Positions 37,601 through 50,443 of a stretch of 64,000 bases of DNA are shown here, one piece after another (the first letter of the stretch is position 1; the number at the start of each line of letters is the position of its first letter). The notes beneath the pieces are model-generated. The model saw nothing but the letters and a program-made list of their open reading frames with translations. It ran no database searches and was not told the origin of the DNA. The position numbers were made by a program, and so were the translations under genes. Source of the stretch: Flectonema sp. DT1601 (taxonomy: Eukaryota); NCBI GenBank assembly GCA_964019425.1, contig OZ025792.1, positions 1,240,001 through 1,304,000 of the forward strand, in the 5' to 3' direction.

Positions 37601-40600
37601 TAGAATTTCTGTGTAGATACTTTCAAGTGATTCAGCTGCCGGAAATGGAATATGAAAACAGGCGTACAAACTAATAAATCGAGGATCGAGTGCGTTTCGA
37701 CCACCACCTGGGGGAGCCATGGCTGCAACATATTCGATATCTCTGATAGACTTCCAAAGTAAGTCTTTTCGATCATACCAACCATTCCATTCTGTAAGTA
37801 GTTTTAAGAAAGCGATTGGTTGCATAGTTCCGTAGGTGTCTACGACAGGCATATTGATGTCGTCGATAAATATTATTAATTTCTTCCCTGGAGGTGCTCC
37901 GAATATTGTCGCTGTTCTCTTCTCAACGTTGTCTTCGAGAGTACGCTGGACATCAACTGACATAGTCCTCGATGAGAAGTTCATCTCGAGAATCATTTCA
38001 TCAAGTTTCATTTCGTCTTTATCTCCTCCTTTTTCTCTCAACTTCAATTCACGTAAAAACTTTTGTATAGTAACAGTTTTTGCTGTCCCGGAAGCACCAA
38101 TAAACATGATTGGCATCTTAGCACCAGTCTTTGGATCTGGAGTCTGTTTGTCGATAACTAAATCAAGAAAGAAGCTATTTCTGACAGTATCAACTGTGGG
38201 TACTAATATACTTGAATACTTGCCATCAGTTGGAGGAATGTACTCGGGAATCATGCTCGGATCTTTCCAAGGAACCCATTTAGACACCTCTGTGTTGAAA
38301 CAAAATTCAAAAAGAGTCTTCTTCTCAGGAAGCTGACCTGCAGAAACTGGTTTCAAGTCATCGCTTGGTTGAAGGTTTTGACCACTCTTAGATTTAATAA
38401 CCTGATCGAACCTTGGTCTGTCATTCTCAACAATGACAGAACCAAAAGACCAAACACAACAGAATATAAAAACACCTTCTAAAGACCTCTGTTCAAGTTG
38501 ATGATCTTGAAGCATGCATGTTAATAATAAACAAAGTTGCTTTACCATATTACAATCAGTTAAAGGAAGTGATAGTTTTGGAGACTGAACGACATTGCCG
38601 TCAACGTCAATTCCATCTAAGACGAAGTTTCTAAGAGTCGGAATATATTTATCAATCAACTCTTTTAGTGAATCTTGTTCTTCCTTCGATCGGGTAAGAA
38701 CCCATTTATGCATGTAAGGCTGCCATTGAAGATTTTGAGGGTCAACATAAACCATTCCAACTCTACTTACTGTTGCTGGGGATGCGTATTGTAAGTCGCC
38801 AACTTCGAATAATAAAGAACACATTGGATTATTAAGACGAATTCTATCACCATTTGCGAGAGTTAAAAGTTTATTATCATCCATGACGGTGTTCATATTT
38901 TCAACCCAAAGAGCGTCTACGTCTCCGTCAAATACGACGTATCGACGAGTGCTTTCGTTTCCTTGTTCTTTTTCTTTCTCAGAGTCTCTGTTGATTTGTC
39001 TAAAGATGTGACTGAAGATGCCGTCAGTCCAAGTTCTTGTCATCGGATCTAAGACTCCATACAAACAACTGATGTGTTGCGCTTTAGCGTTTAGAGTGAA
39101 TAGCTTTGTTGGTAATCGAAGTGCGTCTTGAGCTAGTTTTAAATATTGAATAACTGTTGTCTTACCACCTGAAGTAGGACCTACTGTCATTGTTGTATGA
39201 CGGGTTTGCATTGTTTCATAAAGTTGAACGACTTTATCTATTTGTGAAGGAACAATCATATCTCTGTTGGTGGTCAGGCATTCTCGTACTGCTTTTGCAA
39301 GTTTTTCATTTGGTACTCGAGTTGGGTCAAGACCAGGAAACAGATCACCAATCAGACCTGAAAACAGCGGAACATCTTCAAATACGAACTTCGGTGCATT
39401 CATATCTCTCAACGCTCTCATCAATACGACGTCTTCAGGAAGTTCAGCGTCTCTTCTCTTTAGAGCTCCTGCCATCACTAGAACTGCTTTAAGAGCTCTC
39501 AATCCCCAATCGTAGTGATATTGTTTTGATAATTGACCTTTAGCAAGTTTATACAATGTAACCATCTTCTTTGCTAACATTCTCGCTTGTTTGAAACCTT
39601 CTGCGTAAAGCATGATTTCAGCAATTAGCTCAAGGTTGGGGACAACCATCACAACAGGTCTAAATAAAGCTTTTAAATTATCAGGAAGTTCTACACGTCC
39701 TGCATAACCAGGATTCATAGTAATAAATACACCCACATTAGGATCGAGGGTTATCTCTTCTGGTGCGCCTTGGATTTCACATCTTGTTGCGCCACATTTT
39801 AAAGCGTCTTGCATGGCTCTCAGCTGCTCAGATACAACCGACAGTACTGGAAGTTCAATTCTGTTGAACTCATCAAAACATCCCCACGCTCCACATTGAG
39901 CAAGTCCACAGAATATACTAGCCATTGCTTTGTAATCGAGACCCTCTCCACAATTAAACACAACGCAGTAATATGATAGTGACTTTGCTAAATCTTTAAC
40001 AGATTCCGTTTTACCTGTTCCTGCAGGTCCTCCTGGAGCACCACCAAGATGATAAGATAAAGCTTGTGTTAAAGTCATAAAACATCTATCAGTCAATGGT
40101 GTTATTACAAGTCTACCGTTTAGACCCATAAATTCATATCCGTAGTTTAGGACTGCAGTACATTGGTGAATCACACAATTGTCGATGTCTTTTTTCCAGT
40201 AGAATCGAAGTTGTGATTCCCAAGCAAAGTCCCTCGCGTCTAAGATAGCATCCCTTACGAATCTGTCGACGATATCTCTGCCGTGTACGTCTACAATAAT
40301 TAATGTGTTGATCTTCTTTCTTTGAAGTGATGGTAGTGAACTGTTATCCATCTCAACAACCATTTCATCAAGTTGTGAAGACAATCTAATGACAAGATCC
40401 TTGACAGCATTCTTCTTTCCTTTGCGAACTTTTAAGAATGCGTCCTCCACTTGAAATGTCCACCAGATTTGAGAACCTGCCAGTCCGCACATTCCTTTAG
40501 ATTCGTCGATCCATTGTAAACGAGGTTTCTTCGGATAGAAGAACACACTGCCTTTGAGAAGACCGCGTAGAGTACGGCGGACTTCAATAAGAACTGCACT

Positions 40601-43600
40601 AAGCCACTTTTCTACAGCAAACCCCTCGGTGTTTACAGTGTTGTCGAATACGAGTGGTTCGCGTTCTTGAGATTGAGTTCCCTCAACAGCATCACTTCCC
40701 TGTTTGAAATAAAGAACAGCACAGTTATCAAACATCTTAAGCATGTGTTCCTGAACTGATCTCGGATTAGAAGACGATAAAATTGATAACAAGTCATCGT
40801 CAGATATAAAATAGAATCTTGGGAAGGCCATTCTCTTCGTGTTTAAGTAATCAGTGAGACCCTTTTGACACTCATCTAGCTTATCAGAAATCCACTTCAA
40901 GTCAGCTAGTCGATCAGGTGAATGACAAGCTGCATCTACTAAGGAGTTTTCAGAACATTGTTTCATTATTGTAATCCAACGCTTGTCTAAATCATCAAAC
41001 TTTTTTGCTTCCTTAGGAAGTTGGGCGGCGATGTCTTCACCTCCGACGAAGATCGATTCTAAATAAATCCACTTTTGCTGAACGACTGCCCACTCAGATA
41101 CGACATCTGTCATGGTGTTTAGTTTTCGTTCCCACAAACGAACTTCATCAAGGAAAGGTTTTACCCATTTAAAGTTTGCAATGCTCTGTAAGTTCATTGT
41201 GTGCTCGTCAATCGTTTCTTGAATTTCTCTCGTGTCTGCGAGAAGTTTTGTTCTTTTCTTTTGAATAAGATCAAAGCTGGTGTTCATCCAAGTTTCCTTA
41301 ATAGCTTTAAGAGAATTTTCAATGTTTAGTTCACGTGAAGCACACGCGACGATTTCATTTATGTCGTCTTCGAATTCGAATGGACGCATTTCAATTAACG
41401 ATGCCAACGTAAAGTTTGAGAAGTCAAATGTCCTTCCGGTTACGTCCATTAATTTCTTCCAATGTCTGTCTCTTAATGCTTCATTTTTAAGTTGTGTAAA
41501 CAACGGCAGAGATGAAAAGAAATTAGTTATGACTTCCTTCATGGCGCTGTAGGGAGGAAGATCTCCAAATTCTTTGTATTTCTTTTTTAATTTTTGCATC
41601 ATGCCTTCAGTTCCTTTACGCATTGTATCAATATGAACGTCAGCCCATTGTGTGTTAGACCAGCCAGTTACTAACTCTTTCCATTCAGCATACATTTCGA
41701 ATACTTGATTAAGTTGGAATAGCTTTTCTTCCATCTCTTGAAGAGCAGGGTAGAATGTAATGTCAAGTCCGAATAGCTTTTCACTTTTTACTAATCCCTC
41801 TCTCTTCTTCTGTTTTTGAAGAAGATCTATTTTCCATTCATTTATCAACTCAAGACCCTTATCGAGGTCAATACCGGGCCTACCTGGACCATGGTTCAAG
41901 AAATCATCACGAGCATGCGCTAATTCGTCAGTGAATTTCTCAACTGATGTGACTGTGACTTGTCTAAATGTAGCCTTTGTGACTCCAAGATCTTCATCTT
42001 TTTTCTTAGCTTGAAGTTTTAATCTTTCCCAATGAACTCTTAAACTCATCGCCATGTTCCATTCCTCAGGTGGGATCTCAATTCCGTATTGTTGTAGAGT
42101 GCTGTAGCAATTTTCAATTTCTCTGTACTGGAGTTCGATATCCATACTGCAAGTATTCATGTTGTCAATTGTTGATAAGACTCGTTTTAAATCATCAATA
42201 AGATCTGGTTTTATATTTAATTCGTCTTCACATTTATTTATCCTAGCGTTTAACTTTTCCAACTTTGCTCTGAATTGTTCATTTAACTGTTTTCCTTCCA
42301 TTTGAATCCAAGTACGAGCTTCTTTTTGAATTTCTGCTAACAAAGGATTGCAGTCTAAACATAAGAAATCAATATTCTTTTCTTGAGGGTATTGATCCAG
42401 TCCCTTGATAAGACGTGTGAAGTCTGCAAATCGCGCATCGTATTCCAACCAAGGTAGATTTTTTGCCCCAAGCCTTTCAATAAATTTCTCTTTTGGAACA
42501 TGCCAAAGATCTTTGTACTTTCTCCAACTTTGTAAGTGTTTGTGAACATGAAAAAATGTTCGTTGAATTCCTTGATTAACCTTAGTCTTAAATGAAATGA
42601 CCTGGGTTCCTTTTGATATATCATTATAATATGTAAAAGGTTGATGTTCTGTATCATCAGCAGGCTTCGGGTGAATCTCACCTAAAGAACACTCTATGCA
42701 GGTACCGTCCATCCAACGAACGAAATGCTTCGTGGCTTCAATAATGTTGTTCATAATCTTCGCAGTCAATGTGTGTAAGATCTCTTTCATTTCCGGAGAC
42801 ACACCTATCTCTCCTGCAACCAACGATGCTGTTACTTTGAACAGGGGAATTGATTTTCTTTGAGACGCACGATGTCTCTTTGAAGGATTTATATTTAAAA
42901 ATGATAAAAATAAACTAAGCGAGATCATAACCATTTTATTAAGAGCTTTATAAATACGTCGTTCCCAATGGTAGTAGTAAGAACGTAGAGCAGGTGCCTT
43001 TCCTGTATTCGTATTTGTAACGATTCCCTCAATCTTACGTAGCAGAGGACTAATTCTGGCATATTGCTTTGTTAGTTTTTGAACTTGCTTATTTCTGTAA
43101 GATTCTAGACTTTCTGCTAAGTCATTAAGATCAAGCAAACCTTCTGTGCCAGGGCTGCTTAACTTTTGAGGATCAACTAACCATGTAGTACTGATTTGAG
43201 AAACTACTTGAGATATGTGAGCTGAATTTTTATGAATTTCTTTTGATTTTGCATTGAATTCACCGATAGCTGCGAGTGCTTTGTTAATATATTCCTTGAC
43301 ACCAAGACTGTTCCAGTTTAATGTTTTCCAACCAGGTTCAATCGCCACTTCCAACTGCGCAATATGTTCTCCAAGGATTGCTCTTTCTGGAGATTCAACA
43401 GCAGCAAGTGTTTCGTGGTATTTCGCAAGCATAAGTTTTAAATTTTCAACAAAGTCATGATACTTTTCATCAAGCAGTGTAACTCTTAACGCGATCCCCG
43501 GGACATCGTATCCAAGACGATCGAGGTATTTTGCCTCCTGAATAATCTGAAAGAGATTATTATCAAAATTAACACTGTAGTGAGTCTCTCCATTGTCGAC

Positions 43601-46600
43601 GTGTTTAGTTAAGATGTTGGCTTTTAGATAATCAATCGTGTGAGTGTTTACATCGTATTTCCACTTATCATAAAGGTCGACGGCATATTCTTTCATCAGT
43701 TTTGCAACGGAAACGTATGTTTTTCGAACGTCTTTTCCTTTTGCAGTTTGTAAGATGGAATCTTCAGCTTCTAGAAACTTCTTAATTGGACCTTTGATTC
43801 TCTGAAATAGCGATTCCGACCAATCAATAGCTCCCGCAACTGGAGGTTGATTTTTAGTGAGAGGAGGGTCCAGATGATTTTCTTTGAAAATTTGTTCAAC
43901 TTCTTTGACCTCATCTTTATATCTGTCAAGGATACCTTCAGATTTCTTAATGAGTAGGTTCCCTAAATAGTAGTCACCACCTGTACCAGCTCTCGGTGGT
44001 AATGTTTTAAACGATTGTAGCAGTTCAAACGCAGCCTCAGAGCTACGTAGTTGTTTAAATGAGGATTCGATAAATTGCCTTGTGTGGGCATTCATTTGCT
44101 CGACTTGTCTTTTAAAGCGATCGAATTGAGCTGTCCAGTTAGGATTCGCTCTGTCGTCAAAAATATCAAATGCAACTGTTTCGATGGGTTTCTTTAGGTC
44201 TTCAACTTTTTTCATTACCTGATCGATACCAACTGTGTCCTTAGTCACAGCCTTTAGCTGACTTCCTAAGACTGTGTAGTAGTATTCAAGAGTCGTTACA
44301 ATGTCGAGGAGATCTTCACAACGAGCAGTCATGTAGTCAGTTGTGTGAAATAATCTTTTTTTATCAAATTCCCATCTGGCATCTCTCTCGGTCATCTCTA
44401 TATCACATCTTGTCTTTTGATAACTCTTCTTCCATTGTTCAAGGACAGCTTCTCCTTCGATGATTTTTCTCTTCGCGTCCTCAAATCCTTGTCCATCTCT
44501 TCCACATGATAGAATAGAAGGTTGACCTGGTACTGACTTAACATTGACATGACGGCTTACCTTTTCTGCGATTGTGTTTGCAATTTTTTCGAGTAAACGC
44601 ATCATCTTTTCATCCGTATTGTAGTATCTGATTTTATTTGTGTGTATTTTTATTATAACGGAGTTAAGAGAATAGTGCCACTACCAAATCATACCTTGAA
44701 ATAGTCCAAACCATTCTAATTGCCGTCATCATTGAAGGTAAAGTATCAATTATTGGTTGCAAAGACTGACCAGGAGTCACGTTTGTTACTGCTCTAAAAT
44801 GACGTTCTAAGGTTGATAAGAATTTCACATTATCTTTTGCCTCGTGATACATTTTTGATAAATTGTTGTAGGAAATTTCAAAATTTGGATAACTAGTTCC
44901 AACATCACTCTCTTTAAGTATTTTCAGCATAGTTCTCACATGTGGTAAGTTCAATTGTTCATAGATGGCTGATAGAACAGCGTATTTATCCTTCCAAAAA
45001 TCAATTTCCGACAATGGAGATTTACCGGAAGCAGAGTCATTCTGTTGCTGTGCTTCAATAACAACTGATATGTGTGCGTTCCATTTCAGTACATGTTCGT
45101 CAATCTCTGATAGAAGATCCTCGTTGTCTTGTGCTAATTTAATTTCTTGTTCACTATCTCCAATATGAACATGTGAAGGTATATTAAGTTTTCTATCTCC
45201 ACTAACTTGATGTATAACTGTGCTAATGTTTTGACACAATCGTAAGACAGAAGTCTTCACATCGTCTTGAAGCTGAACCTGCAGCTGAGTTAGTTTTTCC
45301 GACTCGTTGGCATCCGTAGAGGCGATCATTCGAAATCCTGTTGTTAGTTAAGTTGCTTGTAATCCGAAGGGTGAAACTTTGACAATGTAAAAACAGTATC
45401 AACTTTAGGTGGAAAAGGAGCGAAGCCGACGGGAAACGTGACAGGGCTCCAACCGAAGGGTTGCCGGCCCCATGGTGTTTGTGGGTGACCAGTTAAACAG
45501 AGGGTTACCCGTGTGGAAAAGTCCGCCGACGTTTTTCGAAGGCATGTTAGCAAACGGGAGGCCGAATAGTATTTAAGCACAGTTGAAGAGATGGGCTCGA
45601 TAAGAACGACTATTAAAGATTTCAGGCGTCAGTCTCTCGCAATGTCAAATTCGAGGTAGGGCGAAGTCTGAACACAAAATTAATATCAAGTAGTTAGACT
45701 GAAAAAATATTTGCAGTTGTTAAATCAAAGAAAAGGTACGCTCAGTAAAAAGAAAGTAAAAGAAAACATAAAAGGGAAAATTATATTCTAGAGGGGGGAT
45801 TAATATCCAAAAAAGAAAACAGATTATAACACACCAGTAATTTCACATATGGAACCATTCTCCACGAAAGCTACGCAAGGATGAACTTCACCGTAGACTC
45901 CTTCAACTTTTAACTGAGGCTTACCATTTTTGAAGAATTCCAAAGTACCAAGGTCAAGATCAACATCAACAGTAATGGTGTCTCCCTCAGCAAAGGGTGC
46001 TCCCTTTGTAGATGATTGAGCCCTGCCTTTGAGAGAACCATCAGCTGAGTACGCCCAAACATGATTTCTATTCTTACCATACGAAGACGGCTTTTCCTTT
46101 CTAAGTTCTCTGTGAGCTACTGCAACATCACTGCATGTTCCTTTCTCAAAACGAACTGACCATTCGTACCTTCCCCTGGTAAAAGGGATATCTCCTACTG
46201 CCCAAGGTGTTATTCCTTCACTTACATCTTTAACGAGATTTGCTTTTGTTCCATCGTCTGACAACTCAACAAGAGGTGAATGCCATTCTTTATCAAATGA
46301 TAAATCTGTTGGGATAGCTATTGGTTCCATTGAATCTAATGAGACAGTATTACTTATTCTATTCCCTGAAGTATCAATAGCTGGTAAGTACACTGCAAGC
46401 ATTAAGTCTTTTACTGTTTGTAATCGAGGGCAATCCATTACTCCATATTCGACCCCTCGTTCCATTTGATTTCCTGGAACATCAATCTGACCTTCCATTT
46501 GAGAACGAGTTATCGGATCAGACGTACTCTTCATGAAATACATACAAAGCACACTCTCGGATAACACTAGTTCAGGTGGAAGGTAGTCTACAGCAAGACA

Positions 46601-46825
46601 TAATTTAGCCCCTTTCTTGGCATCCTCATAACCATCTTCATGTCGATCACTTCCTTCAATATAAAACAAACAAACAGGACACCTATTCTCATGATTTCCA
46701 TCCGTTTCACAGAATGTTAATAAAGAATCTTCAGCTCTCTCAAAACAATCTCTCATTTTGAAGGCATCAATGCTTTTTAAACCCCATTTTACCTTTTTTG
46801 TTAACCATTCTATGCGTGGGTCCAT
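31621..46825 (-). CDS. Axonemal dynein heavy chain, DNAH10 / I1-alpha-like, about 4805 aa, 6 exons (45835-46825, 44695-45337, 35168-44627, 34855-35080, 32753-34783, 31621-32687)
   Basis: P-loops GPAGTGKT, GPTSGGKT, GASGTAKT and GVGGSGK, plus WGCFDEFNR, a stalk coiled coil and C-terminal domain. Tail motif KNQPPVAGAIDW suggests the DNAH10 clade. Five GT-AG introns restore one frame. Confidence 0.93.
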
Positions 46826-48115
46826 TTCACCACCCCCCTCCCCCTCCTGTCTAATTTAGATAGTATAACTTACTTGATAACTTATATTAAGGCTCAGTTG
46901 AATTTAAGAATCCAAGGCTTGAAAATAAACATTAACCGAAGTGACAAGAGTAGCAATCACGTCTTTTAATTAATTAATTAATTCATAAATCAAAAGGGAG
47001 GCAGAGTTGGAAAAAGGAAAAAGAAAACAAGGAAATCATGTGTGAATCCCGCAAACAATAATTCCGAAATAAAGGAAACGTCGTTCAGCAGGAGTTTACG
47101 TTTTAGTCATCCGACAACATGGCTGTGGAAGTATTTCATAGATGCACGCCGTCATCAGTGCCGAATAATAAGAAAGCAAAATCAATAAAATAAAATAAAT
47201 AAAAAAGAATCAATAAAAGTATTCACTATTCTGGTCAGGTGGTAGCGGTGGTGCCGCTGCACATCTTTTTTCTTTTCTTTTGTGAAAACATGTACCTCCT
47301 CCTCCTTCTTTTTCAATAATGAAGAGGAGTTGACATATAATTACGACGTTTTTTTCTTCTTTTTTTTTTCTCCAATGCTTTTCAATTCAACCCTCATTTT
47401 TTGTTCGCAGATTTTGCAGATGAAAAATGAGCATAGACACAAGTGGTATCCTCCTTGGTCTTGGGAGTTCTTGAAATCTGTTCAGCTCAACAATCAAACA
47501 CAAAAAAAGAAAAACAAGAGGGCCATCATGAAAAAAAAAAAAAAGGTTCTTATTCACTTACTCAATTCACATACCACTATAGTCTCCTTGGTCAATGGAG
47601 ACGCAGTAATGGTTGGTTGGTTTTGCATGACTTCACCACCAAAGCTCTTCTTTGGTTAAGAATTACTGGTGGTTGGTTAAACAGAGTTTAGAGAGGAAAA
47701 AGGGGGCGGGGGAAGAGCGGAAGGTGATTAAAAAAAAAAAGGGATGAAAAAAGGAAAAGAAACACGACAAGCAACGAAGCTTGTTCTCGTCAAAGCTCAA
47801 GACAAGATATATATGAAGGAAAAAGTCGCGTTTTCGTTTTGATTTGTTATCAGAAAGCGTACACAACGCAGAAGGCAATCCAGCCCATCCGCAACGGAAC
47901 GTTACTTTTGGTAGTGTCGGATCCAAACAAAAAGAGTAGTAATTCTCATGATATTAAATATAGGAAATAAAAAAGAGACGAAGTCATCACACAGGATGGA
48001 ACAAAAAGTTAAATCCTCTTCGACGAAAAGCAAAGAATAAAAACAGCTTGTCGCTGTCATCCACAAAACAACAACTCACAACAACACACACATGTCCTTT
48101 TTTTTTTTCTTTCAT

Positions 48116-50443
48116 CTACGGAGCAGTCGAAACTTCTCCACGGAGAACCTTGGCAGCGCCAACCATGTTTTTCAAACTCGGGACAACCTCTTCCCATTTT
48201 CTGGTCTTCAAACCGCAATCCGGGTTCACCCAGATACGATCCAGCGGCAGTCCACTCTGAGCCAACTTCCTCACCTGGTCAACCAGCTGCTCCTTCGTAG
48301 GGATCACCGGTGAGTGGATGTCGTACACACCAGGTCCGATATCGCGGTTGTATCCGAACCCTGACAGGGCATCGAGCATCTCGTTCCCGCTGCGCGAGTT
48401 CTCAATCGTCAGCACGTCGGCATCCATGTCGTCAATTTTGTCGATGATGTCCTCGAAAGTCGAATAGCACATGTGAGTTACAATCTGCGTACTCGGCTTC
48501 GCAACCGCCGTCGAAAGTCGGAACGCCTTCACCGCCCACGACATGTACTCCCCCGCTTCCTCGTCCTTCAGGGGCATCCTCTCACGGAGCGCCGCCTCGT
48601 CCACCTGAACCACCCGGCATCCAGCAGCCTCGAGGTCCGCCACCTCCTCCCGAATCGCCAAGGCCACCTCCAACGCCTGCTTCCATCGGGGAGTGTCCAC
48701 CCGGCAGAACGACCAGTTCAGAATCGTCACCGGACCCGTCAGCATCCCCTTCACCGGTTTGTCGCCGCTGGCTGCCTGCGCTACCTTGAATTCCCTCACC
48801 GTCATCGCTTCCCGACGAGACACCGTCCCGCAGATGATCGGAGGCCGCACGTAACGAGATCCATAGGACTGCACCCATCCGTGGTTCGTGAAAGCGAATC
48901 CCTCAAGTCGCTGTCCAAAGTGCTCAACCATGTCGCTTCTTTCCGGCTCGCCGTGCACCAACACGTCCAGCCCGATCTCATTTTGGATTTCGATGTTCTT
49001 CTTCAGCTCCGCATCGATAACCGCCCGGTACGCCTCCTCACTCAGCTTCTTCTGCTTCCACGCCAGACGGCTGCGCCTCAGCTCCGGAGTTTGCGGGAAC
49101 GATCCGATCGTCGTGGTCGGAAACAGAGGCATCGCCACTTGCTTCTCCCTCCTCGCTCCGAATTCCTCTGAACGCGAGAACATCTCCGCCGTCACCGTCA
49201 CGTCTCCCACCTTCGTCGTCTTCGAAATATCATCCGCACCGGAAGCGTTGTCCTCTCCAACCCATTCGTAACGGCCATCCTCTTCGTCATTCGAAGAAGA
49301 AGAAGAAGAAGAAGAAGAAGCAGAAGCAGAGGCAGCGAGGGACACCAACACATCCAACTTCTGAACAGCAAAAGCGAGCTTCTCCCGAACGTTTCCAGGA
49401 AGATCCTTCTCGAGAGACAGGTCGTACGGAATGAACTGAAGAGAACACGAAGGAGACACCACAACACTATCGTCGCCAACCACTATCTTCCTGATGCGTC
49501 TCAGTAATTTCGCCGCGCTCTCAGAGCTCCTCCAAACATTGCGACCGTCCACGATCCCCGCACCCAACTGCTTCCCCGACGAAGTCGGGAACCCCTCCTT
49601 CTCGAGAATGCTCAGCATCGAGGAACCCCTACAGAAGTCGAGCGTCAACCTCTCAACCTCGAGGTTCTTGATGTACTTGTAAACCTCAACGTGTAACGAG
49701 TCAAAGTGAATGCAAAGGTTAACCGAAACCCCAGACTTCTGCTTCGTAAGCGCCGACCCCTTTCCGTACAGATGTTCCGCAACTTCCTTCAGGTTCACCG
49801 CCTCCGACTTCACGAACCACGGCTCGTGGAATTGAACTTCTGGAACACCGGCTTCCCTCAGTTCCTTCAGCAGCTGTTCGTAACACGGCAACACTCTCTT
49901 CAGAAGCTCATCGAAAGACAACTCCCCACACCTCTTGCACAGCTTGCAGAGCGTCAACGGACCGACCACAATCGGAACTGCCTTCCCCTTCCCGACCGTC
50001 TGCTGCGCCAGTTCCACCATTCCCATGAACCCCTTGAAGTTTCCAACTGGGGATACATCCGCTGGAACCTCAGGTACCATGTAGTGGTAGTTCGAGTCGA
50101 AGTACTTCGTCATGTCGAGAGCAGGAATCCCGTCCCTTCCCCTCGCTTGCGTGAAGTACGCGTCCAACCCGCTCAGTCCGGCGGCCTTCACGCGGGAGCA
50201 CGTCAGACCGAACCGTTCAGACCAATCCAGAATGTGATCGTACAGCGTGTGGTCCCCAACTCCGATCAAGTCCACTCCCCTCGACAGCTGTTCCTCGTAA
50301 CTCTTCACTGCAATCGAATTACTCGTTGACACGAGTTCCTCAGCGCTGATTCCACCGTTCCAGTACTTCTCGAGGGCAGTTTTCATTTCTCTCTTCGGAC
50401 CCGTGCGGGGAAACCCCAAAGTGCTGGTCTTCACAACGGTCAT
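48116..50443 (-). CDS. metE: Cobalamin-independent methionine synthase, copy 1
   Basis: Motifs LGFPRTGPKRE, MTKYFDSNYHY, PTTTIGSFPQT, DVLVHGEPER and WVQSYGSR, with Zn-ligand motifs THMCYS and WVNPDCGLKTR. Confidence 0.97.
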   Translation of the reverse strand: MTVVKTSTLGFPRTGPKREMKTALEKYWNGGISAEELVSTSNSIAVKSYEEQLSRGVDLIGVGDHTLYDHILDWSERFGLTCSRVKAAGLSGLDAYFTQARGRDGIPALDMTKYFDSNYHYMVPEVPADVSPVGNFKGFMGMVELAQQTVGKGKAVPIVVGPLTLCKLCKRCGELSFDELLKRVLPCYEQLLKELREAGVPEVQFHEPWFVKSEAVNLKEVAEHLYGKGSALTKQKSGVSVNLCIHFDSLHVEVYKYIKNLEVERLTLDFCRGSSMLSILEKEGFPTSSGKQLGAGIVDGRNVWRSSESAAKLLRRIRKIVVGDDSVVVSPSCSLQFIPYDLSLEKDLPGNVREKLAFAVQKLDVLVSLAASASASSSSSSSSSNDEEDGRYEWVGEDNASGADDISKTTKVGDVTVTAEMFSRSEEFGARREKQVAMPLFPTTTIGSFPQTPELRRSRLAWKQKKLSEEAYRAVIDAELKKNIEIQNEIGLDVLVHGEPERSDMVEHFGQRLEGFAFTNHGWVQSYGSRYVRPPIICGTVSRREAMTVREFKVAQAASGDKPVKGMLTGPVTILNWSFCRVDTPRWKQALEVALAIREEVADLEAAGCRVVQVDEAALRERMPLKDEEAGEYMSWAVKAFRLSTAVAKPSTQIVTHMCYSTFEDIIDKIDDMDADVLTIENSRSGNEMLDALSGFGYNRDIGPGVYDIHSPVIPTKEQLVDQVRKLAQSGLPLDRIWVNPDCGLKTRKWEEVVPSLKNMVGAAKVLRGEVSTAP
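49294..49329. repeat. (GAA)n/GAAGCA microsatellite encoding a Ser/Ala run in the MetE inter-barrel linker (also at 54866-54901)
   Basis: The gaagaagaa... run is directly visible and translates as ASASASSSSSSSS. Confidence 0.85.

Noticed and set aside
45344..45580. 78-aa ORF inside dynein intron 1 as an alternative exon
   Set aside because: Non-ATG start, no protein-like features, and the upstream AG candidate gives an early in-frame stop.
31621..46825. Frame breaks in the dynein (and in the RalGAP, ArfGAP and UBL genes) read as pseudogenisation, frameshifting or stop-codon reassignment
   Set aside because: Each break is explained by a canonical GT-AG intron that restores the frame.
47084..47158. 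Possible C/D snoRNA on the minus strand (TGATGA ... CTGA, about 75 nt)
   Set aside because: Imperfect C box, no clear terminal stem and no rRNA complementarity I could identify; needs a snoRNA scan.
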